In this document: positions 25,454 to 38,328 of the stretch, in pieces
How the letters are laid out: each line of letters begins with the position of its first letter
How positions within the stretch are numbered: the stretch's first letter is position 1
Source: Vitrella brassicaformis CCMP3155
Taxonomy: Eukaryota; Protista; Chromerida
Assembly: GCA_001179505.1 (NCBI GenBank)
Contig: CDMY01000481.1
Location: 1-64,000 of the forward strand
Reading direction: 5' to 3'
Length of the DNA: 64,000 nt
Translations under genes and position numbers: made by a program
The notes under the pieces: generated by a model
Told to the model about the DNA's origin: nothing
Databases searched by the model: none
What the model saw: only the letters and a program-made list of their open reading frames with translations

Positions 25454-26022
25454 ACAAGGAGGTGGTGTTGAAGGAGGGGGTCAGGACGGACCTGGTGATC
25501 CGTGGTGTGTGGGACCGCCAGAGGGATGCATCATTCGACGTGTGCGTCACTGACGCTGATGCTCCCTCATACGGTACTCGCCCCACGCGATCCATCCTGG
25601 CGACGCACGAGCGCAGGAAGAAGAACAAGCATGTGCGCGTCTGCGAGGATCTGTCCATGACCTTCACTCCTCTGGTCGTCACCGTCGATGGGGTGTGGGG
25701 GAGGGAGGCAGAGCACTTCTTCACCCGCTTCACTGAGCAGCTGTTGGCGAGGCAGGGGTAGTCAGATAGGGGGCGTGGGCGGGTGCATGGGTGGTTGTGT
25801 GCTCGTTAGTCTGTTGCATTGGTGCGGGCTGCTAGCCTGTGTTTGAGGGGCGGGAGGCAGTCATGGCGTAGTGTTGGGGCGATGGATGGGGCTGGGGTGT
25901 TCTCATCGGATGAGTGAGCGAGATCTTTGTGCATAGGCGTATGTGGATACATTCATGTGGACGATTTGTGGACAAGCGAGTGCATGGATGCGATCGGTCA
26001 ATCTTTCTCACCGAAAAAAAAA
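25454..26022 (+). mobile_element. 5'-truncated CRE-clade non-LTR retrotransposon (RLE domain plus 3' UTR and A9 tail)
   Basis: RTDLVIRGVWDRQRDASFDVCVTDADAPSY...RRKKNKH...FTPLVVTVDGVWG; highly similar to the 40796-42849 copy including the 3' UTR; premature TAG at 25759. Confidence 0.9.
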
Positions 26023-26549
26023 CTTCACCCCTCTGTCGTCACGGTGGATGCGGGTCTTCTGTGGCCTGGCTGCCGGGGCCCCCCTGGCCCCCTGATGACG
26101 TGTGGTGGGAGGTGGGGGACCGTCGATTTGGGGTGGGCCGCGAAGAGACGTCGCCGGCGCCGCGAGACACACCACGAGGGAGAGCCCTGTTGCGGCCTAT
26201 GGGTGGGAGGTAGTCAGCGCAACAAAGAGGGAATAAACACGCTTGTGGTGAGCAAGCCATCCCACGTACCTTGGAGTGAGTTGATGCGCGACCGGCTTCG
26301 TGCCATGGAGTGCCTGCTCGCCGGCATCGCACTGGGAGGCACGGGCGAGTTGCCGCTCCCAGGAGGCATGTTGGCCAGCTGCATCAGGTGCAGTTGGCTC
26401 TCCAACATGCCGATCACGCTGTTCTGCCGGACGGCCATGGGCGTCCCCTCACTCGACGGCCGCTGCTGCTGTGGCATGTCCCGCGAGGGCGGGATGGGGC
26501 TCACAGAGGGAGGGGGTGGGGTGGATGGCCGTCTCAGGGCGGGAGATCT

Positions 26550-27050
26550 GTCGAACTCTTGGTCCACTTGCCGCACTTCGACAGGGTGCTGCACTTCGAC
26601 ATCCCCGCATTTGCCTCGAAGATCGACCGTTTCGTCGACTCATTCATTGTCCTATACGACTACGCGCCGCCCAAGCTGCACGCGTACACACACATGCCTC
26701 TCGACATGGTTAGGTTTGGCCCGTTGCGTGAGCAATGGTGCTATCCAAGTGAGATGATGCATCAGACAGTCAAGGGATGGGTAAAGACAGGCATCTGGAA
26801 GGAGCTAGGGGCCAACACTCTGCGTTCGTCTCTGCACAGCTTTTTCTACTCTCTGTCAACCTGCAGTGAGGACTTCCAGGGCCTGCCGGCCTCTGTGGTG
26901 TGCCCTCCACTTCTGCGTGAGAGAGAGTGTGCTGGTGTGGATGTGGCGGCAGGGAGGATGCTGCGTTTGTGTGAGGATGTGGCTCATGTGCTGCTGATCG
27001 ATAAGGTGCACTGGGAGGAGGGCAGAAAGATCGGGGTGACTGGCATGTGA
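26550..27050 (+). mobile_element. EnSpm/CACTA (CMC)-like transposase C-terminal fragment
   Basis: PKLHAYTHMPLDMVRFGPLREQWCYPSEMMHQTVKGWVK resembles the H-x-x-x-H...FGP...W-x-(Y/F)-P-x-E signature of CMC transposases (DUF4218 region). Confidence 0.55.
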
Positions 27051-27467
27051 GATGTGGTGGATACACTGGGTGCCTGTCGTGTTCTGTCGTTGATGGCTAT
27101 CTGTCGTTTGAGTCAGTGGTAATGCTGTCTGCCGTGCCGTACATGTTCGTCCCCCTCAACCAGAAGGACACTTTCTTTCTTGTCGATAGATAAGTCAGTG
27201 TCCATCAGTCAGTGTCTGCCCGTCTGTCTGTCTGCCTGTCTGTCTGCGTGCCTGGGTGGGTGGGTGGGTGGGTGGATGGGTGTGTGTGTGTGTGTGTGTG
27301 TGTTGGTTGAGCTGCGTAGAGTAGTGCGGGATGGCATTTTGATATCGCATATCTCTCTCTGGTCTGCCGCCCGCGTGTGTGTGTTGTGAATAGCCGTCTC
27401 GTGTACATATTACATCGGAATCGACTCAGCGTCGTCACGTAAGTGCATGTGCGTGTCAGATCTGCAC

Positions 27468-27677
27468 AAAGCCGGTCTCCACACAGGCAAAACCGGTCTT
27501 CACACAGGCAAAACCGGCCTTGGCGCAGGCAAAACCGGCCTTGGCACAGGCAAAACCGGCCTTGGCACAGGGAAAACCGACTTTGTCCATTGCAAAACCG
27601 GTTTTGCCGTAGGCAAAGCTGGTTTTGTCCATTGCAAAGCTGGTGTTGGCACAGACAAAGCTGGTTTTCGCATGTTG
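27468..27677. repeat. 21-bp minisatellite, about 10 units (aaaaccggccttggcacaggc)
   Basis: Regular 21-nt period with an AAA(A/G)C(C/T)GG core. Confidence 0.9.
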
Positions 27678-27961
27678 GCCCCAGTCTGCGAGCTAAGCGA
27701 GCTGGTTTTCGCTTCGAAGGTCGGCTTTCGTGGTTCAGCCCCAGTTTTCGACCACCAACACGCTTGCCTTGTACTTACTGTACGCAGAGCTGACGCGCAG
27801 TGTGGGTGTGAGTGGACTCACCGCACGTGGCCTGCAATGGGAAAAATCCGAGGCAACCGAAGATCTGCAAGCTTAGCTCGCAGGAGAGAAAATGGGACTT
27901 TGTGCAGATCTGCTGATGAGAGGTGCGTTCGCTCATCGTATCGCATCAGACGCGTCTGCAG

Positions 27962-30900
27962 ATGATGAGTGTCGTTCCGCATCCGATCATGATTCTTCCG
28001 CCCGTCGTCCTTATTGCCCTCTGCTCGTCGCTCGTGGCGTCTTCGCCCCTCTGGCGAATCCTCCAGCCCACCAATGAGACGGATCCATCGCCTCCCCTCC
28101 CTCCGGGCTGGCGTGACTCCAGGCGGCTGAGGCTCCTGCAACGCTCTCGCGTCTTCCGTTCCGCCGATGTGGTGTCCCCGGACACCGATGAAATGCTGTA
28201 CGGTGACAACATCCTCCCCTATACCGAGATGGAGGAGCTCGTGCGGTGTGATGCTTGTCAGGAGGATGCGGCGGCTCTGTTCGATTGGTCTTATGAGGCT
28301 GGTTTGGTGGACAACGAGACAAAGTCCGTCTTTGAGGACAACCTATGCGTCGTGTCCTTCATCACGTGTGTGCGGCTGAGTGAGGCGCTGGCGGACGGCG
28401 GACCGCGGGAGGGCTACATCATCACTCTGACAGGGTGGCCCGAGGATATGGAGATATCGGATGTGCCGCTGATCCTGCAGCAGCGAGGCTGGAAACCTTT
28501 CGTCTTTTCGGATGTGTTCTATAGGCTCCGTCACGTGATTTGCTTCTCAGCCTATCAGCTGCCTATGCAGGGAAGCTTGGGCGATGAGATCGCCAAAGTG
28601 ACCTCTCTTCGTGCCATCTTCCTGGCAAAAATGGTGGGTTGCATTCAATGCACACATTCATTCACACACATGCTCGTGCGTATGCCTTTTTGCAGGACGG
28701 TATGAAGGGGCCCCTTCCAGCTACAATTGGCGAGCTGCCTTATCTGAAGGGGCTGTACCTCTGGAGCATGAATTCAACAACCGGCCCCATCCCGCCCTCC
28801 CTCATCAACCTCTCTCGCCTCGAGGCTCTCACTCTCACGAACACAGACCTCTCAGGGCCCATCCCTGAACACATCGGCAGACTTCGGCGCCTTCGCGTTC
28901 TGGAGATTTGGGGAAACAATCGGATGGAGGGGCCCTTCCCGGCCAGTGTGACATCTTGCCGCAACCTGACCCGAATAAGGCTCGAGAGCATCGGACTCAC
29001 TGGCCCTCTACCTGGCGATCTGGGTACCCTGTCCCGCTTGGATGATTTGTGGCTGGCGAACAATTCGCTGAGTGGGGAGCTGCCCCGGTCACTGGTGCAG
29101 CTGAGACGGTTGCGAGCACTCGATCTGTCCAACAACAGTTTCAGTGGCCCGTTGCCGGACGGGCTGGGGAGCAAAATGAGCAGCCTATAAATTCTAGATA
29201 TGTCGCTCAACAATGTAAGAGACTGTTGCGCGGGTACATACAGACACACGGACATCAATGACTGAATCCATACATATAATCTCCCTCTCCATGGATGTCT
29301 GTCTGTGTAGTTGTCGGGTCCTCTGCCGATTGAGTTGGGTGGCTGGAAGTCCATGGACTTCCTTGGTCTGGGAAATAACAAGTTTACCGGCCCCATACCA
29401 GCAGAGCTGGGACAACTGTCTAAGCTACGAGGACTGTACCTCGGGAACAACAGGGTAGATACCGACGCACACTCATACCGACAGACGGACATCAACGACT
29501 GAATCCATGCATATGATCTCCCTCTCCATGTCTGTCTAGTTGTCGGGTCCCGTGCCGATTGAGTTGGGTGGCTGGAAGTCCATGGAGTATCTTGATCTGA
29601 CAAATAGCAACTTCAGCGGCTCCCTAGAGCCGCTACGTCACCTCACGTTGATGAAGCATCTATTTTTGCGAAACAACAACTTCAGCGGCTCCCTCGAGCC
29701 GCTCAGCAACCTGACGACGCCGCTTATAGACCTGGACGTGTCCAACAACTCGGTGAGCTAAAGGGGGGGAAGGCGATGGGATCGGCAAATCTGTGTGTGA
29801 GTGTGCATGTGTGTGCTGTGCTTTCGTGTCATGTCAGTTTGAGGGTTACCTGCCCCTCGGTTCCCACAGTTTCTCGAATCTCACCATCATCGCAGCAGCC
29901 AACAATCGGTGCACACACAACACCCACGCAAACACTTTTCATATATGCTGCATCGGTCGTCAGACTGACTGCCATGTTGGACCGCCCCTCTGATGGCCCG
30001 GCGTACCCGAACGTTCGTTATCTGTACCTCGACTCCAATCGTCTCAACACGTCCATCGACCTGACGTTGTTCCCCAACCTCGAGCAGGCCGACTTCGGGA
30101 ACAACCGCATCCCGGGTTTCATCGGCAACGGATCCATGCCCAAATCGTAAGCGACATATAGAGAGATGAGGACATAGCGACACAGGTGTTTGCCTGTCAG
30201 GTTGATTTGGTTGAGTTTGGCGGACAACCTGCTGACTGCCCTGCCCGAGGGCTTCCGCTCCATGCCGAATCTACTGTCGCTGAATCTCGCCAACAATCGC
30301 ATCAGCCAGTGGCCCACATGGGGGTCGACACCGCCAGGCTTATGCAGCTGGGGGGAACTCAGTAAGCTCCTGACATCATACCCAGGCGGGCAAGTGGTCG
30401 TTTTCTCTGTGTGACGATACGGTAGGCTCGCATATTGTGAAGGATCATGACCCCCCCCCCGACTGGGGCAGCCTAATCTACTTCCACGTCTCCAACAATC
30501 CCATCAACACAGACGTGACCGCATTCCTAATGCCCCTCAAATGGCAGAAAAGGTAAGAAAATACACACACGCATGAACACACATACATGACATGGAATGT
30601 AACTGTCTGATCTCTTCGTGTGTGGTAGTTTGATGGAGCTGGATGCATCGAACTGCAGCCTTTACGGCCCCATGAGTTGCGAGGCCTTTACCGCATTCGA
30701 CTTTATGGACCGACACTCATTGGTAACCACACACACGCATCACACGCACACACACACATGCAGAGGATTCTATCTGTGTGCGTGTGTGGTGTGTGCAGGT
30801 GACACCTTCAATCTGGTCGTTTCCTAGCTTGGTTTTTTGTCTCTGAGGGACAATCGCATCACGGCCATCGACACGGGCGACGTGCAGCTGGAACTGTACC

Positions 30901-33899
30901 ACGTCGACTTTTCCAACAACTCGCTTGTGAGCGTGGCGAGCGGCGACTGGAGTTTCTTCGACGTCCTGCATGCAAGGTTCACGGAGAACCCAGACTTGAG
31001 GCACGACTCGGTAGACCCCATGCCGATTGAGGTGAGAAAAAGGCGGGTTGTGTGCGCTGGAGGGGGTGGCGATGTATCATCCTCTGTGTGTGTGTGTGTT
31101 TGTATGTCTATCAGAAGTGTCAGGATTTGCGTCAGAACTTCAACGAGATGAGCATACCGAGACCACTGGTGCCCGATCCACAGGGTGGGTAACACAGCAC
31201 AGCACACGCAGACATCCACTGCCATCGTGATGACGCCTATGCATGCTTGATGCAGGATATTCGGTGCGTACGTTGGACAACGGCGAGGAGCGTTTCGAGT
31301 GCACCGAGTTCTGCTCCCTCTTCAGCAGACTTGAGGTCAGGTGACATAGAGTCAAATACACAGCACGAGTACACGTGCTCACTGTACTCGCTGTGCTTGC
31401 TACCGTGCGCTGCTCACACAGGTCGACTATACCTTCAACTCGGATGCCCTGTGTCGGTGCCTTTCCGGCTACGAGGGCATCGGCACCAACTGCACCAAGT
31501 GCCCGCCTAACACACACAGCAACAGACAAATCGGCACACGAACATGCGAACAATGTCCCGATGATGCAGGTCACCAGTGAAGCGACCACAACGCGAGACA
31601 GCCCTTCTCAGTATATACGTGTGTGTCTGCAGGTTCTGACGAGGGCTCAGCTGCATGCTATTGCCGTCTTGGCCACCAGCGTGGCGATGACCCGTGCGAG
31701 CTGTGTACAGAGGGGTCTGTTGGCGTGCAGAAGCGCGGTAACAACGGCAGCCGCGCCACGTTGACCTGCCGGGACTGTCTGCCGGGATTGGACTGCTCCA
31801 TTCCCGTCAACTACAATGCGAATGTGCTGCCGGGCTTCTTCCAACTTACTGTCCAGCTGCAATCTGAGAATTCATCTCACAACGCCACACGAGAAGTGAC
31901 GACGTAAGAACGAAAGGCAAGAAAGGCGAGTGCTGAGCAGGCAAGTGAGTGGGATTTTGGTGTCTCTTAGATATGGCGCTAGATTGACTCTGTTGCCGAT
32001 AGTGGTACCGTGTCCATTGCGGTCGGCCTGCTTAGGCACCAACAAGACGAATGGACTCAACATATGCTCGGTAAGAGCCAATTGCATCATTGTGACAGCC
32101 GCCATCTTTATATTCTTGCCTTGTCTGCGTGTCAGGAAGGGCATGAGGGATTCGTGTGCAACCGGTGCAAGGCGAGTTTCTCGCGGCAGACGCCCCCTTG
32201 GCCCTGCAAACCATGTGCCGCACTGTGGCGGATTCTCCTGGTCAATGTGATTTTCGTTGTCGCAACTCTGATTGCCGTCTTCGTCCTCACAGCACTCGCG
32301 GAAAGGTTAGCACTCATGTATGTGTCTATCGCACAAACGCGTCCATTCGCATCTGTGCCTGTGTTGTGTGTTCAGGGCTGCTTCCTCCCCCCGTGCTGAA
32401 GTGCCGTCGCAATTAATAAAAATTGGGCTCTACCACATCACAGCCGTACGTGAAGGAATGGACAGGCACATGCGCTCACCTTTCATCACAACCTCTTTGC
32501 TGTGACGGTGTGTGTGCAGGTGTGTGGTCTGGCCTTTGTCGTGTTCGACGACTCCCCCTGGGGCGACCCAGATATCGTCGCTGATTGGGTCGTTCTTTGC
32601 GTGGGACGGCGGGGTGCCTGAGTCGTATCAGGTGTGGGAGTGTCTGCTGAGGCGCTATGTGGGCGAGAGATGCGTGCTCTATCGACATGCTTTGTGGCTG
32701 GGGCTGCCGCTCGTCTGGCTTACCGTTGTGCCACTCATTGGTGAGGACACACAGTCTGGAAGGAGGTGCTTTGTGGTCATTTTGCCCCGGTTCATGACTG
32801 CAGCAAGTGCGTTTGACACAGTGCGTGGTGCATTTAAGTTGAGACGGCGCAGGAGCAGCGACCGTTCGACCTCATGTGCCACTGACACCTATCTGCGAGC
32901 CCCCTCAGCGCCCCCAGCCTTGAGCAGTAGCAGGGCAGAGCAGCCTAGCGCACATGACCCTCACCAGCGACCGGTCAGCTTCCAGAATTCACAAACGGAA
33001 TCGATGGCATCGCCGTCATGTCAACACACCTCAGCAGAGCACCGCAAGTGGTGTAGATGGCGGCATTGGCTTGGCAACAGGAGCAGTATGATGGTCGTCA
33101 TCATCTTGTTCATATATCCCACGGTGATTAGGAGCATGCTGGCCCTACTGCGCTGCCGGCCCTACAGGGGCCCTATGTGGACCCTGTCATCCCTGTCCCG
33201 CCAGGCGAGAGCGTCGGTCTGCTCCCCAGCGACCCGGCGGATAACCCGCGGCCGAGAATGGACCTCGACTCGAAAGTCATTTGCTGGTCTGCCGAGCATG
33301 CGCCCTTCATGTGGATAGCCGCGGCTGGTCTGCTCGTGTGGACGTTTGGCGCAGTCGTGTGTGGCGTGGTCTATTTGTGGTGGCACAGAGATGGCCTGCA
33401 GGAGCAGCAAACGCGCAGACGGGTGGGCTTCCTCTATGTGGGCTATCGAAAGCCGTTCTTCTACTAGGATGCCGTGCTGGCCATGAGGCGTGTATTGGTG
33501 CTGCTGATTGCACAGCAGGCGACAGCGCAGCCCCGCCAACAGCTGCTTAGCTGGACGGCGGTCGCCTGTGTGTGCCTGGCGCTGCAATTCGCCGTGTGGC
33601 CGTTCGACCGCGCCAATATGGACATTCTGAATCGCACGGAGCTTCGGGGGTTGCTGGTGTGGCTGATGTCGTTATTTGCTATCCATTTTCTAGTCGTGTT
33701 GGCGGACGGGGGCTCTTCCATCCTGACGATCGTGTTGGTTCTGGTGGTGATTACTGCCAATCTGGCGCATTACGTCACAGCTGTGGCAGAGGTATGTCGC
33801 TTTCGGCTGCTGCAGATGAGTTACAGATGCACGGCCGTCTCCGACCGCATGCAATCTCATCCCAAAAACAACTCAAATCGTCACTCCCGCCGCTTTTGA
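27962..33899 (+). pseudogene. LRR / Cys-rich / multi-pass membrane receptor-like gene, copy 2 (disabled, C-terminally truncated)
   Basis: Collinear with copy 1 in exons and introns from ~27783; TAA 29188-29190, frameshifts at ~30835 (T run) and ~33168 (G run), TAG 33465-33467; only one 144-nt cassette (29311-29454). Confidence 0.9.
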
Positions 33900-34944
33900 T
33901 GTCTCACACTGAGAGGACGACGGTATAGATGCCCTCTGTGCCAAAACGAGGCGATGAACGAATGTTTCCTTGGCGAAAGAGACACATTTAATGATCATGT
34001 ATGTGTCATATAGGCGGGTCAAACGCTTCAGTGAATCAGCTGTGTACCGGCTCGCTTAAGCGAAAATTACTGTTCTTGGTGTGTACAATGAATGTCTGTG
34101 TGCGCACGCCTGCGCAAGCCTATAGTTGGTTGGCGTGTGCAAAGAAAACCTCAGGTGCAGGAAGAAGGCAATCCGCAATACACACATCCAGGCATGCAGA
34201 ACCAAATAGCGATGGCCAAGGCTGAGAGACAGACTTAAGGATAGACTGACGACTTCCATACAGACGCTTCCGAATACAGAAGAGGCCCCAAGCGAGACGA
34301 AAGCATAAGCTCAAAACAGCCAAACTCCAAGGGCGGCAAGCCCATAACTTTTTTGGTACACAGGGACGAACGATAGGGGGAGCACGATACAGCTGCATTT
34401 TCCTTCTCGAGATCTAGAGGTGCAGCGATGGGAGGTGGCAAGGCACAAAGTCAGCCTAAGTTCGTAGGGTGCAGGCCCAGGACCCAATGGCACAGAGGGA
34501 TGAATGCTTGAGAGTGTAATACGACTCTACCTTCTTTCAGGGGAGCGGAGAAGGGGAGCGGGGGGGGTTGTGGAGAAGAGGTGTAATGAATGAATGAATG
34601 AACGAGGTCTCGGGATGACCCTATAGCCCTCTGGCGTAGTATTCATGGTCATACACATTTACACATAGAAGTATGCCATATTCATCATCCCTTGCTGAAT
34701 ACTCCAGCGCACATGTTGTCCTTACTCAATGCAAACACTTTCATAGGACTGCACCGGGACCATTTCTCGGATTTGCTGAGCCCGCAATTGTAAGGAAAGC
34801 GAGGATTCGGGTCGTCTGGAGGTCGAATTACGATCGCTCAAAGACTCAAACTTAGGGCGTGACGAGAAACCGCCGTGAGCGCTCAGACACAGATGGCATG
34901 ACATGTGTATGTGTTTCTTTTTTGGTTGGTCATGCGGCTATGCA

Positions 34945-35840
34945 GGTCAGTTGAAGGAGGAGTTTGTGCACGAGCATCGCGAGAACTCGGCCTCCTTCAA
35001 CATGGGCGGCGGCTACACCAACCGATTCTACACGGCCAAGCTGCAGGGAGCCACCATGGGCGGGGCCTTCCACAATGTGCGGGCCAACGGTTGCGCCAAG
35101 CGGTTCCTGCGCTGCTTCCGGCGGGGCTTCAGACATGACGGCAGCCATGAGAACACTGACCTGGGCATCGCCGAGCTGCCTGCCATGCTGGAGTTCACAT
35201 ACGGGCGTGACAACGGGTTTGATTTCTATTACATGGACAAGCACAAGCTGCACCGACTCGACAACTACAGTGAGTGACCGGTAGTGATGATCGCTTGAGG
35301 GCTCTTGTATGTTGTATTGTGTGAATCGATGCATGGATGCAGATGCGTTTCACACGGTGTCCAACCACACGCGAGGTTCCTCTGGCAGAGGACGCAGCAC
35401 GGTGCAGTTCCCAATCGAGGACATGGCCCCTGAACTGGTCAGTCAGCCAAACACGAAACACACACGCAGCAATGCATGGATGTCTCTCTGTGTGTGTGTG
35501 TGTGTGTGTGTGCAGGATGACCATCTTGTGCCGACAGCCGATGAGGTTGCTCAGGTCAAGGAGCGGCTGCGCCGAGTGTCGCCCAAGAGCGCTGAGATCT
35601 TTGAGAGCTTTGGGGGCGATTACGACGCGATGACCAGGATGCCCATCGATGAGGCCTGCAAATATCATGACAACAGCCGATGAATACCTCAACAGGTACG
35701 ACACACCGATCAGCCACACGCACGCACGGGAATTTATCTCGTGTGTGTGTGTGTGTGTGTGTGTGTAGGGTGCCGATGGAGTGGTTGACGCCCGACGGCA
35801 GCATCCAGGCCAGCCGCCTGACGACGGCACCAGCCAAGTT
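34945..35840 (+). pseudogene. Multi-exon hypothetical protein gene with in-frame TGA
   Basis: Exons QLKEEFVHEH...HKLHRLDNY, DAFHTVSNH...APEL, DDHLVPTADEVAQVKERL..., VPMEWLTPDG...AKF with canonical splice sites; TGA 35681-35683; no family recognised. Confidence 0.5.
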
Positions 35841-36629
35841 CTAGCCATACATACACATCTACAGACATACACAAAGATGCATGTGTTGGATGTCAGGCGT
35901 GAGAATGCGAGCCTTTTTTCATCCTCCGCACGCACTGTTGGAGTTTCTGACACTCCTTTCTTCGATGTTCGATAGACACAGCTGTCAGTAAGGCGGTTCC
36001 ATCAGAACAGGCCATGTGGTCAATCGGTGTGTCGTCACGTGTGTATCAGCTAGGGCAGTGTGAGAGAGCAGACGTTTTCGCCTGCTGCCTTTCTCTCCGT
36101 GTGTTGTGGTCGAGACATACATGACATGTCATGTCATGTTACGTGAGGCTGGCTTTCTTCCATTACAAGCAGGTGCGTGTAGTGCAGGGCGGGGGCAGAG
36201 AGTGCTTCTTCACACCCTTGTTCCGTGTGAATGTTGTCGCGTGTCAGTGCGTGCGACACACATGCACATCTGCCAGCCAGAGGACACATACAAGGACGCA
36301 TGCATGAATGCATATTGACCTGCGTGCATTTATCGGATTGATGAAAGTCATCCATCAGCAGAGAGCACGCTCAGCTGCTCATAAAAGACGACCATTCAGG
36401 CACAAATGCCTCGAGACTAGACGCTCCGCCTTCCCTGTGAACAGACACTCACACAGGGCTTCCCCAGCCAGATACCTATCTGGTAGGCAGACCGTCACCA
36501 TGAAGGAAAGGCAGCAAGACAAGGCCGAGCTACTTCGTGCAGCACCAGCCTGCCATGGCTCCCGCCATACACACACAGACCAGCACACCGCCAGCACCAA
36601 TCCAACAGACAGACAGGCGCGCACATCCC

Positions 36630-37892
36630 CTATCCGCCCGCCCCTAGGTCGTCAACAACTGCTGCGTGCTTGTCTCCTCGTTCTCTTATTGGCATTTCAG
36701 GCTCTCTGAGCTGGCTATCGTCCGATACTCTCAAGAGGCTCATACGGCAGGAAGGTCCTGCTCGCGATTGGAGTAGAGCGTCCACGGCAAACTTTTGCAT
36801 TTTCCAAGCATCGGAAAATGGAACGTATATCTCACCACTCATGTGAAGGGAGGGATCCACCTCCAACTGAACGAAGGTGCACAGCAGGGATAGCATGAGA
36901 CCAACATCTGTTCGCCAACGTACGTACCTCTGTGATTGATGCATATGTGACGCCCCATCGCGGGAACTGCACGCCAGGCACGAGGCAACGTGTTAGGTTA
37001 CACACATTGCAGTTGTGGGCCACGAGCAGCACTGTGTCATCCGGGTGGGCAGCTAGGATGGCCCTCATCACCTACAGGCAAAGAATGGATACAATCGGAG
37101 ACCACACAGATATACGTCTGCTCGCTCTCTCGTGCATGCCCACCTTCTGGCACCGCTCGTAGAAGGCTTCATCCTGAACATATATACGACGTTATGCGCA
37201 AATACGAATGATTGCACATCATCACTACCCGTGGCTGCACTGCTGACCCACCTTACCGTTTCTGGGAATGCGGGGACGCCCGTCTTGGCTTTCTGCTGAG
37301 GATCGATAAGCGGCAGGGTCTTGATAAGCTGCGATGGTGCCAACATCTTGGGCATGGGATCACCGCCACACCGCTCAGCAGCTGACCTGAAAACGTTTGA
37401 TGCAATGCAAACAGACGGGTCGGAATACAGGCCATGATTGACGTGTCGTTCCCACCGTTCTGTTCTCTACGTACCTTTGTGCGAGTCCCGGTTCGATGCA
37501 GACGCGCGCTGTGCCGCCCAGAGCTGTGGCCGCGCTGTGCGCAGTGCACACGCAACGGATGTAGGGAGAGCTGTAGATCACAGAGATACCTGCAGCAATA
37601 TATGAGAAAAGCAAGAATGCCTGCTTCATGCCTGTATATGCATACACACACGTCTTCCTTACCCTTCCCCCGCAGCGCCATTCCCATTTCGTAGGCCTAC
37701 ACCAAGCACACACACAGACAGGGAGAGCGACGTTGCCCTGAGAGCCATCCGCCTCTTGTTCATTTCACGCAGTACCTGTCGGTGGCCGCGTGCAGTGAGC
37801 AAGATATCTTCGGGCACAGCTGCCGTCTTGTCCCACGTCGGCTCGACGTGGTCGATGCGCTCGCCGTGACGACAGAGGAAAAGGCGAGGCAT
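36630..37892 (-). CDS. Histidine phosphatase (phosphoglycerate mutase-like) family protein
   Basis: MPRLFLCRHGER (RHG motif), IYSSPYIRCVCTA, VLLVAH motifs on consecutive spliced exons. Confidence 0.9.
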
Positions 37893-38328
37893 GGTCCAAC
37901 CCAATGCCAGGTTCAGGGGATGCACTCACATCCAGTATCCACAAACGAGCGCCAACGGCCACGATTCGGAAGCCAAGCTCGCAGGAGAAGCGCTTTTTCT
38001 TCAGTGGCAAAAAACAAGGGGGCGTTCCAGGGGCATACATGTGTCAGAAGACCGCTTAGAGGGGAGGAAGGAGGGGGAGACGGTTCAGAATATTAATACA
38101 ACGCAACCGGAGGTGTATTTCTATTTCTGCCCTCCCTTGGCAAAGGGGGGGAACAACTCTTCAACAAATACCGCAATGGCGCGACGAGTCCGTCAAGCAC
38201 GCAAAATAATAACTGGACTAAGTGTCCCTTGAATTCGATCACTGCGGACATGCCAAGTACAAGCCTCTGCTCAACAACCCACTCACTGCACCATCATTCA
38301 TCCATCTTTCACATGTAAAGTGCACAAT

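Noticed and set aside
37480-37510. tRNA T-loop-like GGTTCGA
   Set aside because: It lies in a phosphatase exon and no cloverleaf can be formed; the similar motif at ~4585 also lacks stems
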